Source of the DNA: Chrysemys picta bellii
Lineage: Eukaryota
DNA length: 64,000 nucleotides
Direction of reading: 5' to 3'
NCBI RefSeq assembly: GCF_011386835.1
Contig: NC_088796.1
Span: forward strand, 47,802,001-47,866,000
The notes under the pieces were generated by a model, which had not been told where the DNA came from, ran no database searches, and saw only the letters and a program-made list of their open reading frames with translations. The translations under genes and the position numbers were made by a program. This document shows, piece by piece, positions 1 through 13,613 of this stretch. Each line of letters begins with the position of its first letter. The stretch's first letter is position 1.

Positions 1-591
1 TTTACATTACTGGCTATTTCAAATAGATTTCTTTAAAAGGGATAGGAACTCAGATTTTCTTCCTACCCACTCACAATCATAGCATCATAGAATTCTATCA
101 AGATTGTTTCCTGCATAATTATTTCTGCTAGTTTCAATGTAAAATGGACGGGCTGAACCATTTGGGAAGGAATCCAAATCTGCAGTTTTCTAGCCTCTTG
201 AACTTGAACATTTGGATTCTGCTGCCCTAGAGTCTGCAGTACCTAAGCCATCACATTACAGTGCTGGACAATGAGCACAAACAAGGAGGTTGGATTAGGT
301 TTAGTTCATTAAACCTTGTGGCTAGCATTAGAAATGGGCCAAAGATGGACATATTTATGAGAATCACTGAGAAGTTTTTGAGTTAGGATAAAATGAGACT
401 CCAATTAGAAGCAATCCTTTTTTTTTTTTTTTGCTTTTGCATAATTAAAACCCAGCTAATGAGGTTCAGCCGTAGCAGAAATCACCTCTGATTTTTCTCT
501 TCTGTAATCAGACCCTAACCCAGAAGCTCTTTTGATTGCCACACCTAAAATATACCAAAGGAAGTACAGTGACATTAATAGTGTAGTATGC

Positions 592-735
592 AGTGTTGTG
601 GTTGCTGCGTCAGTCCCAGGATATTAGAGACACAAGGTGGGTGAGGTACGGTAATATCTTTTTCTGGGCCAACTTCTGTTGGTGAGAGAGACAAGTTTTC
701 AAGCTACACAGAGCTCTTCTTCGGGCCTGGGAAAG
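592..735 (-). mobile_element. Penelope-like element (PLE) terminal-repeat fragment, family B, with degenerate hammerhead core
   Basis: Closely matches 62719-62830 in this window (acaaggtgg..gaggt..atatctttt..ccaacttctgttggtgagagagacaag..ctacacagagctcttcttc.gg.ctgggaaag). The minus strand reads CCGAAGA-agagctctgtgtagctt-GAAAACTT, a mutated CUGAnGA...GAAA core. Confidence 0.65.
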
Positions 736-2224
736 ATATTTAATAGGGTAGCTCATTTTGTGCTTAATTTGGAAGCAGAAACCAGATCTAACCCAAAGAA
801 GCAGCCTCACAACACGTACTTGGACTAGATTTTCAAAATGCAGACTTGTTCAGATGCCCTAATTCTAAACACAAAAATAATATTGACACTCCTCCTCCAC
901 GTCCTTATCTCATTGCCAGGTATCGTTCAATAATATGACACTGAAAAGCTTCCCAAAAAGAAATGCCAAGGCAGAAGAAGGAGGATTAACAAAAGACCAA
1001 CACACATTCAATTTATTAGTCACAACCTGAGCAGATCAGTGGGCTGGAACAGAAAAGAAATTGCAATTTTATCCAGATTGATGACTATTTATATTGTAAT
1101 ATTGATCATCAGCAGAGACTTTTGTAATGGATTGAACAGATGTGGCCTCACTTACACTGCACATAGGAGTCGTCTTGCCTAAGAGGGAATTGTAATTATC
1201 CAGTGTTTTTCAAAACCTCTGGCCTGCAATTGAGTTGTCACAGTCTCCCAGACACTGCTCCAGGCACTGCAGATGGTACCGGCTGACACACTTGGGGCAT
1301 ATCATTATGAGCATGTGTAAGCCACATGATCTTGACTAGTTTCCTAATGCATGACAGGGTCTCAAAAAGAAGTGTCTGTCAGGAAGAAATATGGGCTTCG
1401 CGAAGCTGAGGTATGATTGAGGGGAGGAACATGAGAGAAGAGAGGGTTCAAGAGAGGACACATTTGAAAGAAACTGTTAGTATGAATTACAGCAATTAAT
1501 GACCAGCATCTGCTAACAAAATGCTGTTTCCAGCTTGAAATATCCCAACATATTTTACATGCTACTAGAGTCACTGTTGTTGAAAGTATTTTCTGTTTAT
1601 TTTTAATCCTTCATACATTGGATTATGTGAAAAACGTTGTTTAAACTGGGAGTGGATCTATTAACAATAACATTTAGCAGTCTATTATGAATTATTTGTT
1701 TTCCAAGCGAATAATGGATTTGTCCAGCTAATACAAAGAAAGCAACTGCAAATGTTAACTTGGAATTTACAGTACTTTGCTTGCAGATAATTCAGTTTGA
1801 TGCAATTGGTTTCACAAGCTTGACAGTACCATACATCACTACTTGAAACTCTCTGGAAGTACAGTTGAGTCAGTCTGGTGAGAAATACAAAATAAAATAA
1901 ATACAATAGCCTACAGACTTTTGGAAGAACAATTTCAGAGTACCTTGTGCTAGTTAGAAATTATTATTCATTACTACATCCCTGCTGGTGGCTACCTGCT
2001 GCTGTATAAAGTAGAGCAGAACACATAATTTGTAAAAAATAATGTATTCATTGTCTTATACCTCTGTTTCTCTTCACAAGCTATTGCAAGCAATCTTGAA
2101 TTTATTCATTATTTGTGATTATGCACACATTACTTTGTAAATGTTTCTCTCTATTTGAACCTCACAGAGACAGTTTGCCACAAATATTTGATATTCAAAC
2201 TTCAAAATTCATGCTGTGTTTGGT

Positions 2225-2355
2225 TTATTTTAGACTGTAAGTGCTTCAGAGCAGGGATGGTATTGTGTATTGTGTGATTGTACAATACCAAGCACAATTG
2301 GGCCCTGCTCATAACTCAGGCCTTTGGAAGCTACTGTAATACAAATAATAAATAA
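2225..2355 (+). mobile_element. L2 LINE (or L2-tailed SINE) 3' tail
   Basis: ttagactgtaag..cttcagagcaggga....tgtaca..acc.agcaca.t.gggccc....ctactgtaatacaaataataaataa. Similar to 38280-38414 and to the reverse of 12685-12810. Confidence 0.6.
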
Positions 2356-4446
2356 GTTACATATATACTAGTTACATACATCTTGTAGCACTGATTTCTC
2401 TTCCATGACAGGGAGACTTATGTGCCAGTAGCCAGCATAGTAATAACTGCACATTTTTAATATTACAACTGAGTATATGACTGGAAATTCTTTTTTTTTT
2501 TAACAAATGTTTGAGCATTCAGGATTAAAATGCATTTGTGCAAGTAGTCACACTTGTAAGGATCGAGTGCTCAAAGGTCTGTGGAAAGTGACCATGAAAG
2601 GGTCACAATCATGATCAAATCAACATTTACATTTGAATCCAAATGAATATTTGTGCAGTTTTCCCCCACTGTTCATTTAGCTCTAGGGTTGAGTCAATAT
2701 GATCATTTCATTTTTTGACACCCATATCTGGGTGGTATAAGCAAGTGCAAGTCCCGATGGATTTTTCTGAACATTCCAGTGGTGACAGAAGTGGCATAGT
2801 ACATTACACAGGCCAAATTCTAGTCTGGTTTACACTCTATGCAATCCCATTTAAATTAAGGAGGTTCCATGAATGGACACTGGTGCAGAGTTTGGATGTT
2901 AGTAGTAAAGTAGTATAACTTGGCATGAGTGTGAGTTGGGGAGCAGAAAAAAACCTGTAAGACAAAGTAGGGAATCTGTTTTACATTAGTGTCCTGTCAT
3001 ATTTTTCTTCTACAGGCTGCTTTCCCAACCCTCTGGATGAAACTGTCACATGCAAACCCAATGAATGCACTAAATCAATGCAACTTAAACTATTTGCCAT
3101 TGGCACTGAATTTCTGATAATTTCAAGCCTGACATGTAACTAACACCATTTACAACCGAGCTGAGTTTACATCACAGCTGAATTTGGGCCTGTGTGCTTA
3201 AATTTCCTGAGACTAGAAAAAAGAACAGATTTTATATTAAAAAGTTCAAAAATGAAATGAGCACTAGATGTGTTGTGACACCACAGTTTTCATTCCCAAA
3301 ATACATGTCATGTGATTCAGTAATAGTAGGCAAGAGAGATCTGACATATAAAGAACTTGGAAAATAGAATGTAATTAAGATTTTGAACTGAAATTTTTTG
3401 GGTATAAACATGAAGCATGAATTCTTGGGAGATCGTATTTCTTTAAAGACATAGTTGGCCCTTCAACATCAAAATACAGCAGCTAAATGGCCAGTAAGGA
3501 ATCTAGATACCAGGGCGAGTCTGTGTTTGAAAATAACACTCCCTAAAAACAGAAGCCAATTGATCAAACTACCATGGTAGCCCAAACAATTAGTTGATAG
3601 CCTCAAGTTACTGTTTATTTTGAGGTTTGCATTTGCGTCAGGTAAGCTGATATCATTTCTTCTTCACTCCTCAAAGGCACTGATTACAATTTGTTATTAA
3701 ACAGCGTGGTTTCAACAACACAAGAGCTTCCTGTGAAATGATAGACATCAGAAAACAGCTCTTAAGTAATGTCAGATCAATCATTTGATTACTCTTTAAT
3801 CCTTGCTCTTTTAGAATTAATTCAGGGTGTGACCATCTCAATAGCTATTCATTGGTGCACTGGAATTTCTGTTCCAAGGACAAGAATAGACAGTGGAAGG
3901 TAGCCATAATGAAGTAAGTTTCTACCTTGACAGGAGCAGCCATAACTGTTTTGCTGGTCGGAATGGAAGACATTTTCGGCTCCTCCCCAACAACCAGCCC
4001 AGCTACCTCCAGCAGAATGGTTCCATCTCACACTAGTATTAAGCAGGTTTGTAGCCCTGAGGGGTGAACAAGTTCAAAAAAACCTAAGAACCTCTTCCAT
4101 CTTCTCAAATGTTTTTATCCCGAACACAAACTGAACTTTTATAGAGGTTTGAAAGAGTTTACCAAATATTTTCTCCAGTGCTTTTCATTCTTGTGTATCT
4201 CTGCATTTCCAAGTTTGACTGATGACCAGAAGGCTGTGTTAGAACACTGGGAGAAAGGCTGTTGCTATTGGTATTTCTGAAATGACGGGATAGAGAAAGC
4301 CACTTATTACAAGATTTCCAGCCCTATTTTGGAGAGCCCAAAAGGTCTGGATAGTTTGGATAATGTTCTCCTATACATAATCACACTTTTGGATGCTTAT
4401 CTCAATCTAAGCAAAGTTTTTTCTGAGGTTCAGCCATCTCTTAATT

Positions 4447-4840
4447 TAGGGTTACCATTCGTCCGGATTTACCCGGACATGTCCTCCTTTTTGTGCTAAA
4501 AATAGCGTCCGGGGGGAATTTGTAAAGCACTCACAATGTCCGGGATTTCCCCCTCCCCCTCCCCCGGCACAGCAGAGTGAGCGGCTGGGAGGGCTGCAGG
4601 AAAGTCCCGGGCTGGACTCCGGAGCAGCTGGAGAGGAGCTCCGCCCTGCATTCTGAGCAAGTGTCTCAGCACAAAGTGCAGCCCTCCCCTTTTGCAACTG
4701 GGAGCGGTTTCTGCCATGCAGCGTAGCAAAACGGGAGCGAGAGCACTTTGTGCTGATACAAGGGCAGCTCTCCCCTGCAACCCGGTCCGGACCAGGGACC
4801 GGGTTTTGTTGTGCAGGGCCAGGGACCGGGTTTTGTTGTC
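4447..4840 (+). mobile_element. Truncated hAT-like DNA transposon/MITE (TAGGGTTACCA end)
   Basis: Begins TAGGGTTACCA, the same end type as the TSD-flanked 26531 element. GC/CpG-rich, with repeated ccgg/cccgg subterminal motifs and a tandem copy of ccagggaccgggttttgttgt (4792-4839). No right TIR found. Confidence 0.6.
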
Positions 4841-5019
4841 CTTGAACTTTGTTGATTCACATAAAATGGAATCCAGATCTGAACTTTCCCTGGTTTTGTG
4901 GTTTGATTTTACAAAACTAAAACCTGGTGCCCTCAGTCCACGTGGAGACTCAAGTAAGGGCTGGCGGGCCATTTCTGTTCTCTCTAGTAAGACAAGAGTA
5001 ATGCTATTGAAGCCAAATT

Positions 5020-5212
5020 AATGTGAGGGAGTCTCCATTTGAAATTGCAGAGGGAATTTTAGGAAGGCAGAATTTAATTCTTCAAGTTGATAGTTGGATA
5101 TAGGCCAACATGTGGATTAACCGCCTCCTACGCTTGCATAGAACGTCAAGGGATTTTTAATGATCACAAATGGGCATGATCTCAGTTTAATGTCTCCTAC
5201 AAAAGACTGTCT
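5020..5212 (-). mobile_element. Old SINE relic, HE1/V-SINE-like
   Basis: Minus strand gtcttttgtaggagacattaaactgagatc...gtgatcattaaaaatccc...taggaggcggttaatcc...attctgccttcctaaaattccctctgcaatttcaa resembles the HE1-type consensus as I recall it and the copy at 50885-51250. Confidence 0.5.
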
Positions 5213-6261
5213 CATTCAAAAATAAAAACCTTACAAAAATTCCTTAGTGCTCATATGGGAAACAGCTAGAGATCTGCTCCATGTGCATGTCTATTTGAAT
5301 TCTGCTACAGAACATCATTTTTAAATGACTTCTTTCTAGCTGGATAATTTGTCTATTTACATATGTCTAGGTAGCTAATCCTGCCCTGTTGTAGGATTGT
5401 GAGGAGACATGTGCATAACCCCACATCTCCCACAAACCTACTTAGTCTTAGTTCCTTTGCACCAAAACAGGACAGTTTGAGTAAGTGCAGAGCCATAAAT
5501 CATGGTACATTCGCGTCTGAAACTCAAATCTTCAGTTCTATGTTTTGAAATATTTTATTATACTGTCCAAACCTGACATGGCCAAATCACAGTGGGAGAG
5601 CCAAAGAGCAAGGTCTCCATTTTCATACTTAATGGGGTAGGCTTAAATCTCAGTGTGAGGCTGGTGAAGTCACCTCCTATCTCAGATAGTAATTTAATGC
5701 TTATTTTTTATAGTTCTTTTGATATTGCAGGTTTTATAATAATAATAGCATTTCTGCTATATAAACACTATTCTAAAAGAATTGTTCCTGTAGGTGGTAA
5801 TTAAGCAATGAGCCTTGTTGTCCTGCAATGAAAAAGAAAGCATTGCAAAATCTTCAGAGAGTTTTAGTCCAATACATGCTGTGAGGTTAGCAACTTGCTA
5901 CCCTGAGGCACAGTTACTGAAAGAGTTCTTCTGGTCCCAGAACCTGTGGGGGGTATGACTCAAACAGACGATTCCACAGAATTAGCAGAACCAGAGGAAG
6001 GAGAGTCCAAGCTTCCATTGGAAATGAGCCTAGAGTGAAATCTTCAGTCAAAATATAAACACAATGTTTTTTTTAAAAGTGCATCATCAGCAATTCAGCA
6101 CTCAAACGGGGAGATGCTTCTTACCAAAAAATCCTAGTTACAGGCTTTTATTGTCCTGCTCAGTTCTAAGACTCTGATCCTGCAATGGCCTCTGTGCAGA
6201 TGCAGGTCTCCGCCAATGGAAAGGCTCATTGCAGGATCAGTCATTAACAGAGAGTATAGAC

Positions 6262-6581
6262 CAGGGGTTGGCAACGTTCAGCACGCGGCTTGCCAGGGTA
6301 AGCACCCTGGCGGGCCGGGCCAGTTTATTTACCTGCTGACGCGGCAGGTTCGGCCGATCGCGGCCCCCACTGGCTGCGGTTCACCGTCCCGGGCCAATGG
6401 GGGCGGCGAGAAGCCTCGGCCAGCACATCGCTCGCCCGCCCCCATTGGCCCGGGACGGCGAACCGCAGCCAGTGGGGGCTGCGATCGGCCGAACCTGCCA
6501 CGTCAGCAGGTAAATAAAACTGGCCCGGCCCGCCAGGGTGCTTACCCTGGCAAGCCGCATGCCAAACGTTGCCGACCCCTG
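6262..6581. mobile_element. hAT MITE (Buster-type target site), internally palindromic
   Basis: TIRs CAGGGGTTGGCAAC / GTTGCCGACCCCTG; perfect 8-bp TSD GTATAGAC (6254-6261, 6582-6589); long internal inverted arms. Confidence 0.93.
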
Positions 6582-8681
6582 GTATAGACTCTATGGCCCT
6601 CTGCAAAGCAGAACTGTGAATATGGGGGATTTACACTGTTTTTTGTTTCACAGCATTATCTGTGCAAACAATGGGCTAAATCCTGAGGTGCAAGTTCAGT
6701 CCTCACCTGGGCAAAATCCTCTTGAGTAAGGACTGAGTAAACTCTGTCAGGACCTCAGGATATGGCTCACAAGGACAGCAGAGCAAACTGGGCAAGAGTG
6801 ATACTTTGGTTTGTAGAAAGTTGTCACATCCCCATATATAATCTCTAGAAAACCCTTTCATTTATTGTTTGCAATGAATGAACACATTTTCTGTAATGAG
6901 TCAATGAGACTATTACACCTTCCTGAGCCTTTGTGAAGTGTATGACACCCATGGAAGGGTTAATCTAAAGACACTAGAAGTTGCTAGATAGGTGTCCATC
7001 CTTCGCAATGGCTGATCAGTCCACTGACAGTTTCTTCTAAAGATGTAATGTGTCTACCTTGTGTCTCATTGCATGACTGTTTCGGCACTGTATATCTGCA
7101 AAGAAGTTCATGTGACCTGAGTTTTGGAAGAAACCAAAACTTTCCTTCCTCGTCTTGATTATTGTTTCAGATAAGCTCAGATGACTTTTGCTCTAAATGA
7201 AAAGCAGTTATTATAGCCCCTCCTGGGGATCTATTCTTACCCATATGAGAGGCTCTGAGGACAGCCATTGTTTAGCTAAGGAGGGAAATCCTGTGTTCCA
7301 GTACAACTTGATCATTGAAAGAGGAAATATTTGCTCTTGCAGCCTATTGCTCCTCCCTTTTTTGCAGTCAAGGCAAGATGAGTGAGTGGGGTGATGGACA
7401 GCTGAGCGGGACAGAACAAACAAAAGGAAGAACACAGTGGAACAGATTGTGGGAGGACTAGTGACAGCTTTTGTTCTCATCCTGCCAGCTTTCCAACCTG
7501 CCCTACTTTATGGAAGGAGGGGAGAGAAGAGAAGAAGATTGTGAAAGGGTCCATAGCACAAACCACCTGCTGTGCCTTAATCTGAGCCACTGTTCCAGTC
7601 CATGGAAACTGCCTGGCCTGCTGAGAGAGAAGAATTCTCTGTTGGACAATGAGCCCCAGCACTTACTCCTGTGGGAAGTTTAAGTGAACTTGCCTGCTGT
7701 GGGCTGGCCAGTGTTTTCCTGTTCTTGAGCTGCCCAGTTGAATCCCATATGTGTTGTGGCTACTTTTATGAGTTCCCCAGGGGATGCCCCTGCACCATTG
7801 TCTAGTTAATCGATTAGTTAGCTCAGAGAACCAGCAGGGGGAAGACTGCCTGGAGACTGTGTCTTTGCTTCATACAGGACTCAAACATGCTGAAACTTCA
7901 GCACAAGACCTATTTTGGACTGAGGGTATTTCTGTCTGGATTCCTACTGTTTCCCATTTACTGGCTGTATCTTCAGCAACAGCCATCTGAGTCTAAAGAA
8001 GAACAGAACTATTAACTGTGCAAGCAAATTCTAGTCAGACTAGTAAGGTCACATTCTGAGGCAACTGTGGGAATGGCCAGGCAGGGGGGTGGGAATTGTT
8101 GATTTGTACATTTATTTTCTGTTTCCTGTATAAAGTATTTCCTTCCCCTCTTTTGTAACTGTCCCAAATGAACTTCTCCCCAGGGTGACTAAGAACAACT
8201 AAGAATAATTCTTCTTACTTTTTGTACCCTGACCTCACTAACCCTTAGAACAATGTGTACCATGCATATTGAACTTACTCCTGGAGACAAGGTGACACCC
8301 ATTGCATACACACCCTCAGGACAGCTGCGGGCACTATGCTTTTGAGACTGCTAATTGACTACACTACATCCAAGATCCAGTTGCTATTAAACAAATGACA
8401 CCACCAGGCAGGTCAACACAGCCCAATTTACAAAGCCAGCTCTCGTAGATAAACTGTTACCACCTCACAGTGGGATAGAGGTCACATTACATTCTTCTCG
8501 TTTGCCCCCAGTCCATGGGCAGATTAAGGGATAGGCAGTACAGTCCTGTGCCAGGACCACAGCTCCTGGAGTCACATAATGAGGAGAGAATCTCAGCTTT
8601 CACTTAAAAAAAAAAAGACAAAGGAAGTTGCTAATGTTTGTGGCTGTGAAGAAAACGTGACCTGGATGTAACAGATGCAGT

Positions 8682-8960
8682 AGTGTCTGCCTGACTCTGC
8701 AGGCAGCCTGAAAAACTAGCTTTGCCACATGCATCTCAATGGGGTGTGAACTCCAAGACCCACAAGGTTGGGGTCTTTGCTAACACCATTCCAACAGAAG
8801 ACTCTGGCATGAGAAGATTGCAATGGCCCATCCATCCACGCAAGCAGATATACCCCAGCTGAGGATATATAAGTACTGAGGGCTCCCCTGCTGCCCTCCT
8901 ATTTCTCTGAGGGGGGAGGGGAACTCTGCTGCCATCCCTGCTGATCTTGAGGAGAACCTC
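8682..8960. repeat. Unclassified old dispersed repeat, copy 1
   Basis: Shares ctgcctga[c/g]tctgcaggca[g/a]cctgaaaaactag and colinear downstream blocks with 30055-30300. Confidence 0.55.
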
Positions 8961-9508
8961 TGCTACCACTCAAAGGTGGCGGGTGATAAGGTACATGACT
9001 CTGCTCTTGTCTCTTTGAGAGGGGAGGTGGGTCCCCTGCACAGGTACGCCCCAGGTGTATGTGGGGCCACAGAATGGGAGGGGTTATGGGAATGAAGCCA
9101 CAGGGTGCCTCATGTCACCATGTGTGTGATGTTTCTCAGGGCTCCTAGGGCTTTGAGGCACTTTATTACCATCTGTCTCCAGCAAGTGGGAGTCTTGCCT
9201 GTACTTGCTGGGTGTTAGCTTCCTAACACCACGAGCCTGTCAGCCACTCAAACACTCTTCTCCAAGCTACAACAGCCTGTCTTTGTCTTGCAAGTTGACA
9301 ACAGATGCGCTCCAACTGCCAAATCCCTTCCAAGTGTCCCCCTGTGATATCCAGCTTTTGATCACTGGATACCCACAGAAATCTCAGATCCTCTGTTCCC
9401 AAAGGAAGGGTACCCCAGTTTTACCCATTTTACCTTAGCTCCAGTGTTACACACAGCACTTGCGTTCAATTATAAAACAAAAGGAAATTTATTTAAGAAA
9501 GACTAGAG

Positions 9509-9842
9509 CAGGGATTGGCAATCTTTGGTACACGGCCCATCAGGGAAATCTGCTGACCGGCTGGGAGGGTTTGTTTACCTGCAGCGTCTGCAGGTTCGGC
9601 CAATTGCAGCTCCCACTGGCTGCAGTTCGCCGTTCCAGGCCAATGGGGGCTGTGCAAAGCGGCGGCCATCACATCCCTCAGCCCGCACCACTTTCCGCAG
9701 CCCCCATTGGCCTGGAATGGCGAATCGTGGCCAGTGGGAGCTGCGATCGGCCGAACCTGTGGATGCTGCAGTTAAACAAAACTGTCCCGGCCCGTCAGCA
9801 GATTTCCCTGATGGGCTGCATGCCAAAGGTTGCCAATCCCTG
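9509..9842. mobile_element. hAT MITE, same family as 6262-6581
   Basis: TIRs CAGGGATTGGCAA / TTGCCAATCCCTG; perfect TSD GACTAGAG (9501-9508, 9843-9850); colinear with 6262-6581. Confidence 0.93.
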
Positions 9843-10060
9843 GACTAGAGATTCAAATAAAAACCAATCTGAGATATGAGAACAAATGGTTACATATAAA
9901 AGAACATCATGACACACTTTCTAGAGACTAAACTTAGCTAACAAGGCCTTCCCTGTCTCCTGCAAGCACTTACCCCAAGTTCTTTCCCCAGTGTTTTCAA
10001 CTAGTTTGGTTGAGACCCCTTGTTATAAGATAGATAGGTATATTTCCATATATATATCTT

Positions 10061-10225
10061 ATAGAACTGGAAGGGACCCTGAAAGATCATCAAGTCCAGA
10101 TCATCAAGTTAGCAGGACCAAGTACTGATTTTGCCCCAGATCTCTAAGTGGCCCCCTCAAGGATTGAACTCACAACCCTGGGTTTAGCAGGCCAATGCTC
10201 AAACCACTGAACTATTCCTCCCCCC
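10061..10225 (-). mobile_element. Tortoise PolIII/SINE (tRNA-derived head + CR1-derived tail)
   Basis: Minus strand GGGGAGGAATAGTTCAGTGGTTTGAGCATTGGCCTGCTAAACCCAGGGTTGTGAGTTCAATCCTTGAGGGGGCC carries A and B boxes. It is followed by a CR1-type tail GATGATCTTTCAGGGTCCCTTCCAGTTCTAT. Confidence 0.9.
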
Positions 10226-10480
10226 AGGGCACTGGTTTTTGAACTGTGGGGCGCCCCTGGGCGGGGGGGGGGGGGGAAGAGGAGTGCACATCCAGATGGG
10301 TGTCCGCTCGGGCAGGGGAGAAATGAGGAGTCTCTGGGGGTGGGAGAAAGGGAGGCACTGGGAAGACTTTCATTAGAGACCTTACATGATATTCTTCTGG
10401 TGAACTCAGGAGATCCTTGTATCCCTACATACCCTAGGACCCTCTGCCAGTTGGAATCAAAAGGTTCTTGGGTCACACTG

Positions 10481-10941
10481 TGTCTAGGGCCCTAGATTAT
10501 ATCTCAATATAATATCAATGTGGAAGAAAGACTAACTGCCAGCTAGAGCTATGTACTTTGGTCATGTACTGAATAATATTTTATTGTCTAGAAGCACATT
10601 AATAAGGAAAAAAACAAGGGCAGAAGGAAATCCTAGATCACTTTGTAGGGACCAGGATGTAGGCATTCTAACCTAGTAGTTAGAAACCAGAAAAGGGAAG
10701 CAAAGCGGTGAACAAGACATGCATGAGCGAGAACACAGCTGTGGGCACAAACACTGGGCAGCCAACAAGCTGCTACTGCTGCTGAACTTAAATGCAGACC
10801 TGTTGGCTCTTTGTAGCCAACCAGGCGAGCTGGCCAATCAGGTGATTCTTCCACAGCCTGCTGGGCTAATTAACCAATTTGAGGGCTCAGCCAGCTAGAC
10901 TCAAGCTCAGCTGAGGAAATTGAAGCCCATAGTTCCTGACA
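10481..10941. mobile_element. Possible decayed solo LTR (Gypsy-like)
   Basis: Begins TGTC, ends gttccTGACA and has an internal GCCAATCAG box; layout resembles 29594-30045. No TSD recognised. Confidence 0.35.
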
Positions 10942-12684
10942 AAGTAGTGACATTCACGTTCTATTTGAGTCTGATTGCACCTAATATTTGCTCTGTTATA
11001 AGTGTTCAGAATTAAATGGAGATGAGATGACTAGAGCCTCCTCTCACAAAGATTGACTCAAATTCTGGCCTCTGAAGCTAGAAATCTGTTAAAGTAAGAT
11101 CTGACACCTTGACCACAGGTATTAAAGAGTTCTTGAGCTTATGAATGCATTCACCCAGAGTATGCTTAGGTTCCTCAGAACAGATACGTCTGATTAGGAG
11201 GAGATACTGAAGCAGTTTCCTGGTTTAACTGATCTTTTGGAATGTACAGACAGATACCTTTGCATTTTCCTTTAGTTCACCGTGCTTTCAATTGGCTTAC
11301 TTGATTTCGACAGCTCCTTAGTGTTGATATATACAGAATTTGCAATCTCCATCTCTGAGAGTGACCCTTACCCCTAAATTTGCTGATTAACTCTCTTTCA
11401 ATCTTCTGTGTCCTTGAGTGATATCACCCTGAACAAGTGAACTCCATCAAGAACTGAAGAAGAACCTAAGAGGAACTTTTGGGGGAAAGACTTCCTGTGA
11501 TGAATTCAGAACAGGACTTCTGAAGCTCACGCACTTCCTGCACAGGCTTCGTAGTTCTTATTTCTTTATGGCTACAGAAGAGGAGAACTGGTGCAAGATT
11601 TGTCCCATCATGTAGGTAAAGCTTATTAAAACTGTAGAGAGGGTAGTAGACTGGAAGAAAAGATAGTGATGAGTGGACATCAAAGGCTTCTTGATGTTTG
11701 GGTTAGATAAATAAATGTTTGGCTGCTTTACTGAAATGTACCCAAATCATACACCTCTCTTGAATGTACAAAAACTATATTGGAAATCTCACACATGTAG
11801 ACCCAGATCCTCCTTTGGAAGTTATAAGTCTACATAACATACCTTTTGAGGGTCTGGGCCATAACCTTTTTTTCAATAAGACTTCTGTTTGAGCTAGAAA
11901 TACCTGCAGAAAATCTTTTGTGTCAATATCTGTGCTTCCATTCTCAGTCACAACCAGAAACTGCAGGAATAGACACAATTTTGAATGAAAGGAAGGAAAA
12001 GGATAACTGAAGTTTTGCTAAACCTCCCCAAAGTCTTGTCTGGAGTTTTAGGTGGAAGTTTTCATCCCTTCTATTTTAGCCCAATGATTCACCATTGCTA
12101 GGGAAACAAAATTCTTTAGCTGAATCTTCATCCTGTTCCAAGTGAAGACAGAGATAAATCTCCTATTGACTTTGGTGGGAAGAGGATTGGTCCTTTCAGG
12201 ATTCACATGTAACTTGCTGCTTATGAAGAATATGGTAGTAAAATGTATTGTTTTGTTGTGCTTTAGTGAGAGCTTTGGAAGCACAGGCTGTTAGAGGTTG
12301 ATCTTGTAGGACAGCTCCCGGCCCAGGTGAACTTCCATGACTGAGATCTTAGACCCTGGTTAATCTCAAAATATTTCACTAAACCTACTTCCATGGTAAG
12401 CCTGTTTAATTCCCAAAACCAATCTTGCCATTGATCTCAGCACCATTCTAAACTGTCCTCAAAGAGCAGTCTGAGGGGATCACTTACTTTTGCCAAATTA
12501 AAGATGAATTGCCTCAGATGTGTTAACAAGCTCGTGAATCTCAGGAAGAGATTCCAGAGCTTCATTTTTTGTTTGTGGGGTCTTTACATTTGTACAGTTT
12601 TCTCCACCTTCCTTGCATCTGGTCAAACACCTCTGTCAGCGAGTATGTGTCCTACATAACTAGAATTCCATTTAGCCCAATTGT

Positions 12685-13010
12685 TGTTGTTTTATTTGTA
12701 CCGTGATAGCACTTAGGAGCTCCAGCCATGAACCAGGACCTCATTGTGTTAGGTTCTGTACAAACAGAGATCAAAAAGATAGTACCTGCCTCCCAGAGCT
12801 TACAATCTAAATATAAGAGAAAAGACAACAGATGGATCCAGAAAGACTGATTGGGAAGTATAAGGAAACAATGAGATAACATTGGTCAGCATGATAGGCA
12901 GTGGTCTCAGCAATCCACTAGCCTAACCATTATCAAGGTTTGTGTAAGTATCAAGGCAAAGGAGAGTTCTAAGGAGAATTTTAAAGGAGAACAGTAAAGT
13001 GGCTTTTGTT
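12685..13010 (-). mobile_element. L2 LINE 3' end
   Basis: Reverse complement aligns by eye with 38200-38414 (tagattgtaagctctgggaggcaggtac...tgtttgtacagaacctaacaca...ggtcctggttcatggctggagctcc) and ends in an A-rich tail. Confidence 0.7.
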
Positions 13011-13593
13011 GTTTGGCATTTTTTCCTGTTCAATTTAAGGTCCTTTTCTCTGAACATTAAGCACTCTCTATAGGGCTGATCATTTTTGTCTGAGTTCCCT
13101 AGAACATCAGAAATTACTTCTACCCCATTCAGATCAGAAATACGATGCCATGGTACATCTCAGATACTATGGTGATCCCAAAAAGAAGGCACTTAAACAC
13201 TGTGATGATATGGGGAATCTGTCAATGTACAGCATATGAATTCTGGTTGATGTTAGGAAGTTATTATTATATTGTGGAATGCCTCTAAGCAGTAGAATCC
13301 ACCATTTGTTGATGGGGACTGTAGTCCATTCTTACCAGACCAGGGACAATGGAGGAGAGTTGTTAACCTGGATGACTGTGCTCTGATCAAGTGATGGATA
13401 TGCTAAGGAGATTGAGCTGAGAAACCAGTTCAACCAAGTTTCTTTGCAAGGGCCTATATATATAACCATGTGAGGCATGTAGGAATGTACTCACAGTGAT
13501 AAAGAAGAATGCTCTTTTCAGAATTCCAGTTCCTTTTTCACTATCTTAGATTTTCTTGTCTCACATCCTCTGTATAATCTCTCAGTTTCCATT

Positions 13594-13613
13594 CCACCAC
13601 CACCACCACCACC
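13594..13613. repeat. (CCA)n microsatellite
   Basis: ccaccaccaccaccaccacc. Confidence 0.9.

Noticed and set aside
4452-5021. Overlapping 64-158 aa ORFs
   Set aside because: They lie in a GC-rich hAT fragment where stop codons are rare; no protein motif.
7200-8250. Possible old ERV/LTR-like segment
   Set aside because: The composition is suggestive, but I could not find TG...CA ends, a TSD or a second copy.
6216-9879. 93-139 aa ORFs that resemble each other (6216-6606, 9460-9879)
   Set aside because: The similarity comes from two copies of the same palindromic MITE; no transposase motifs.
10150-10225. tRNA-like sequence on minus strand
   Set aside because: It continues directly into a CR1-derived tail, so it is the head of the tortoise PolIII/SINE, not a tRNA gene.
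10230-10330. hAT-like left TIR (cactggtttttgaactgtgggg)
   Set aside because: No matching right end or TSD; too short to call.
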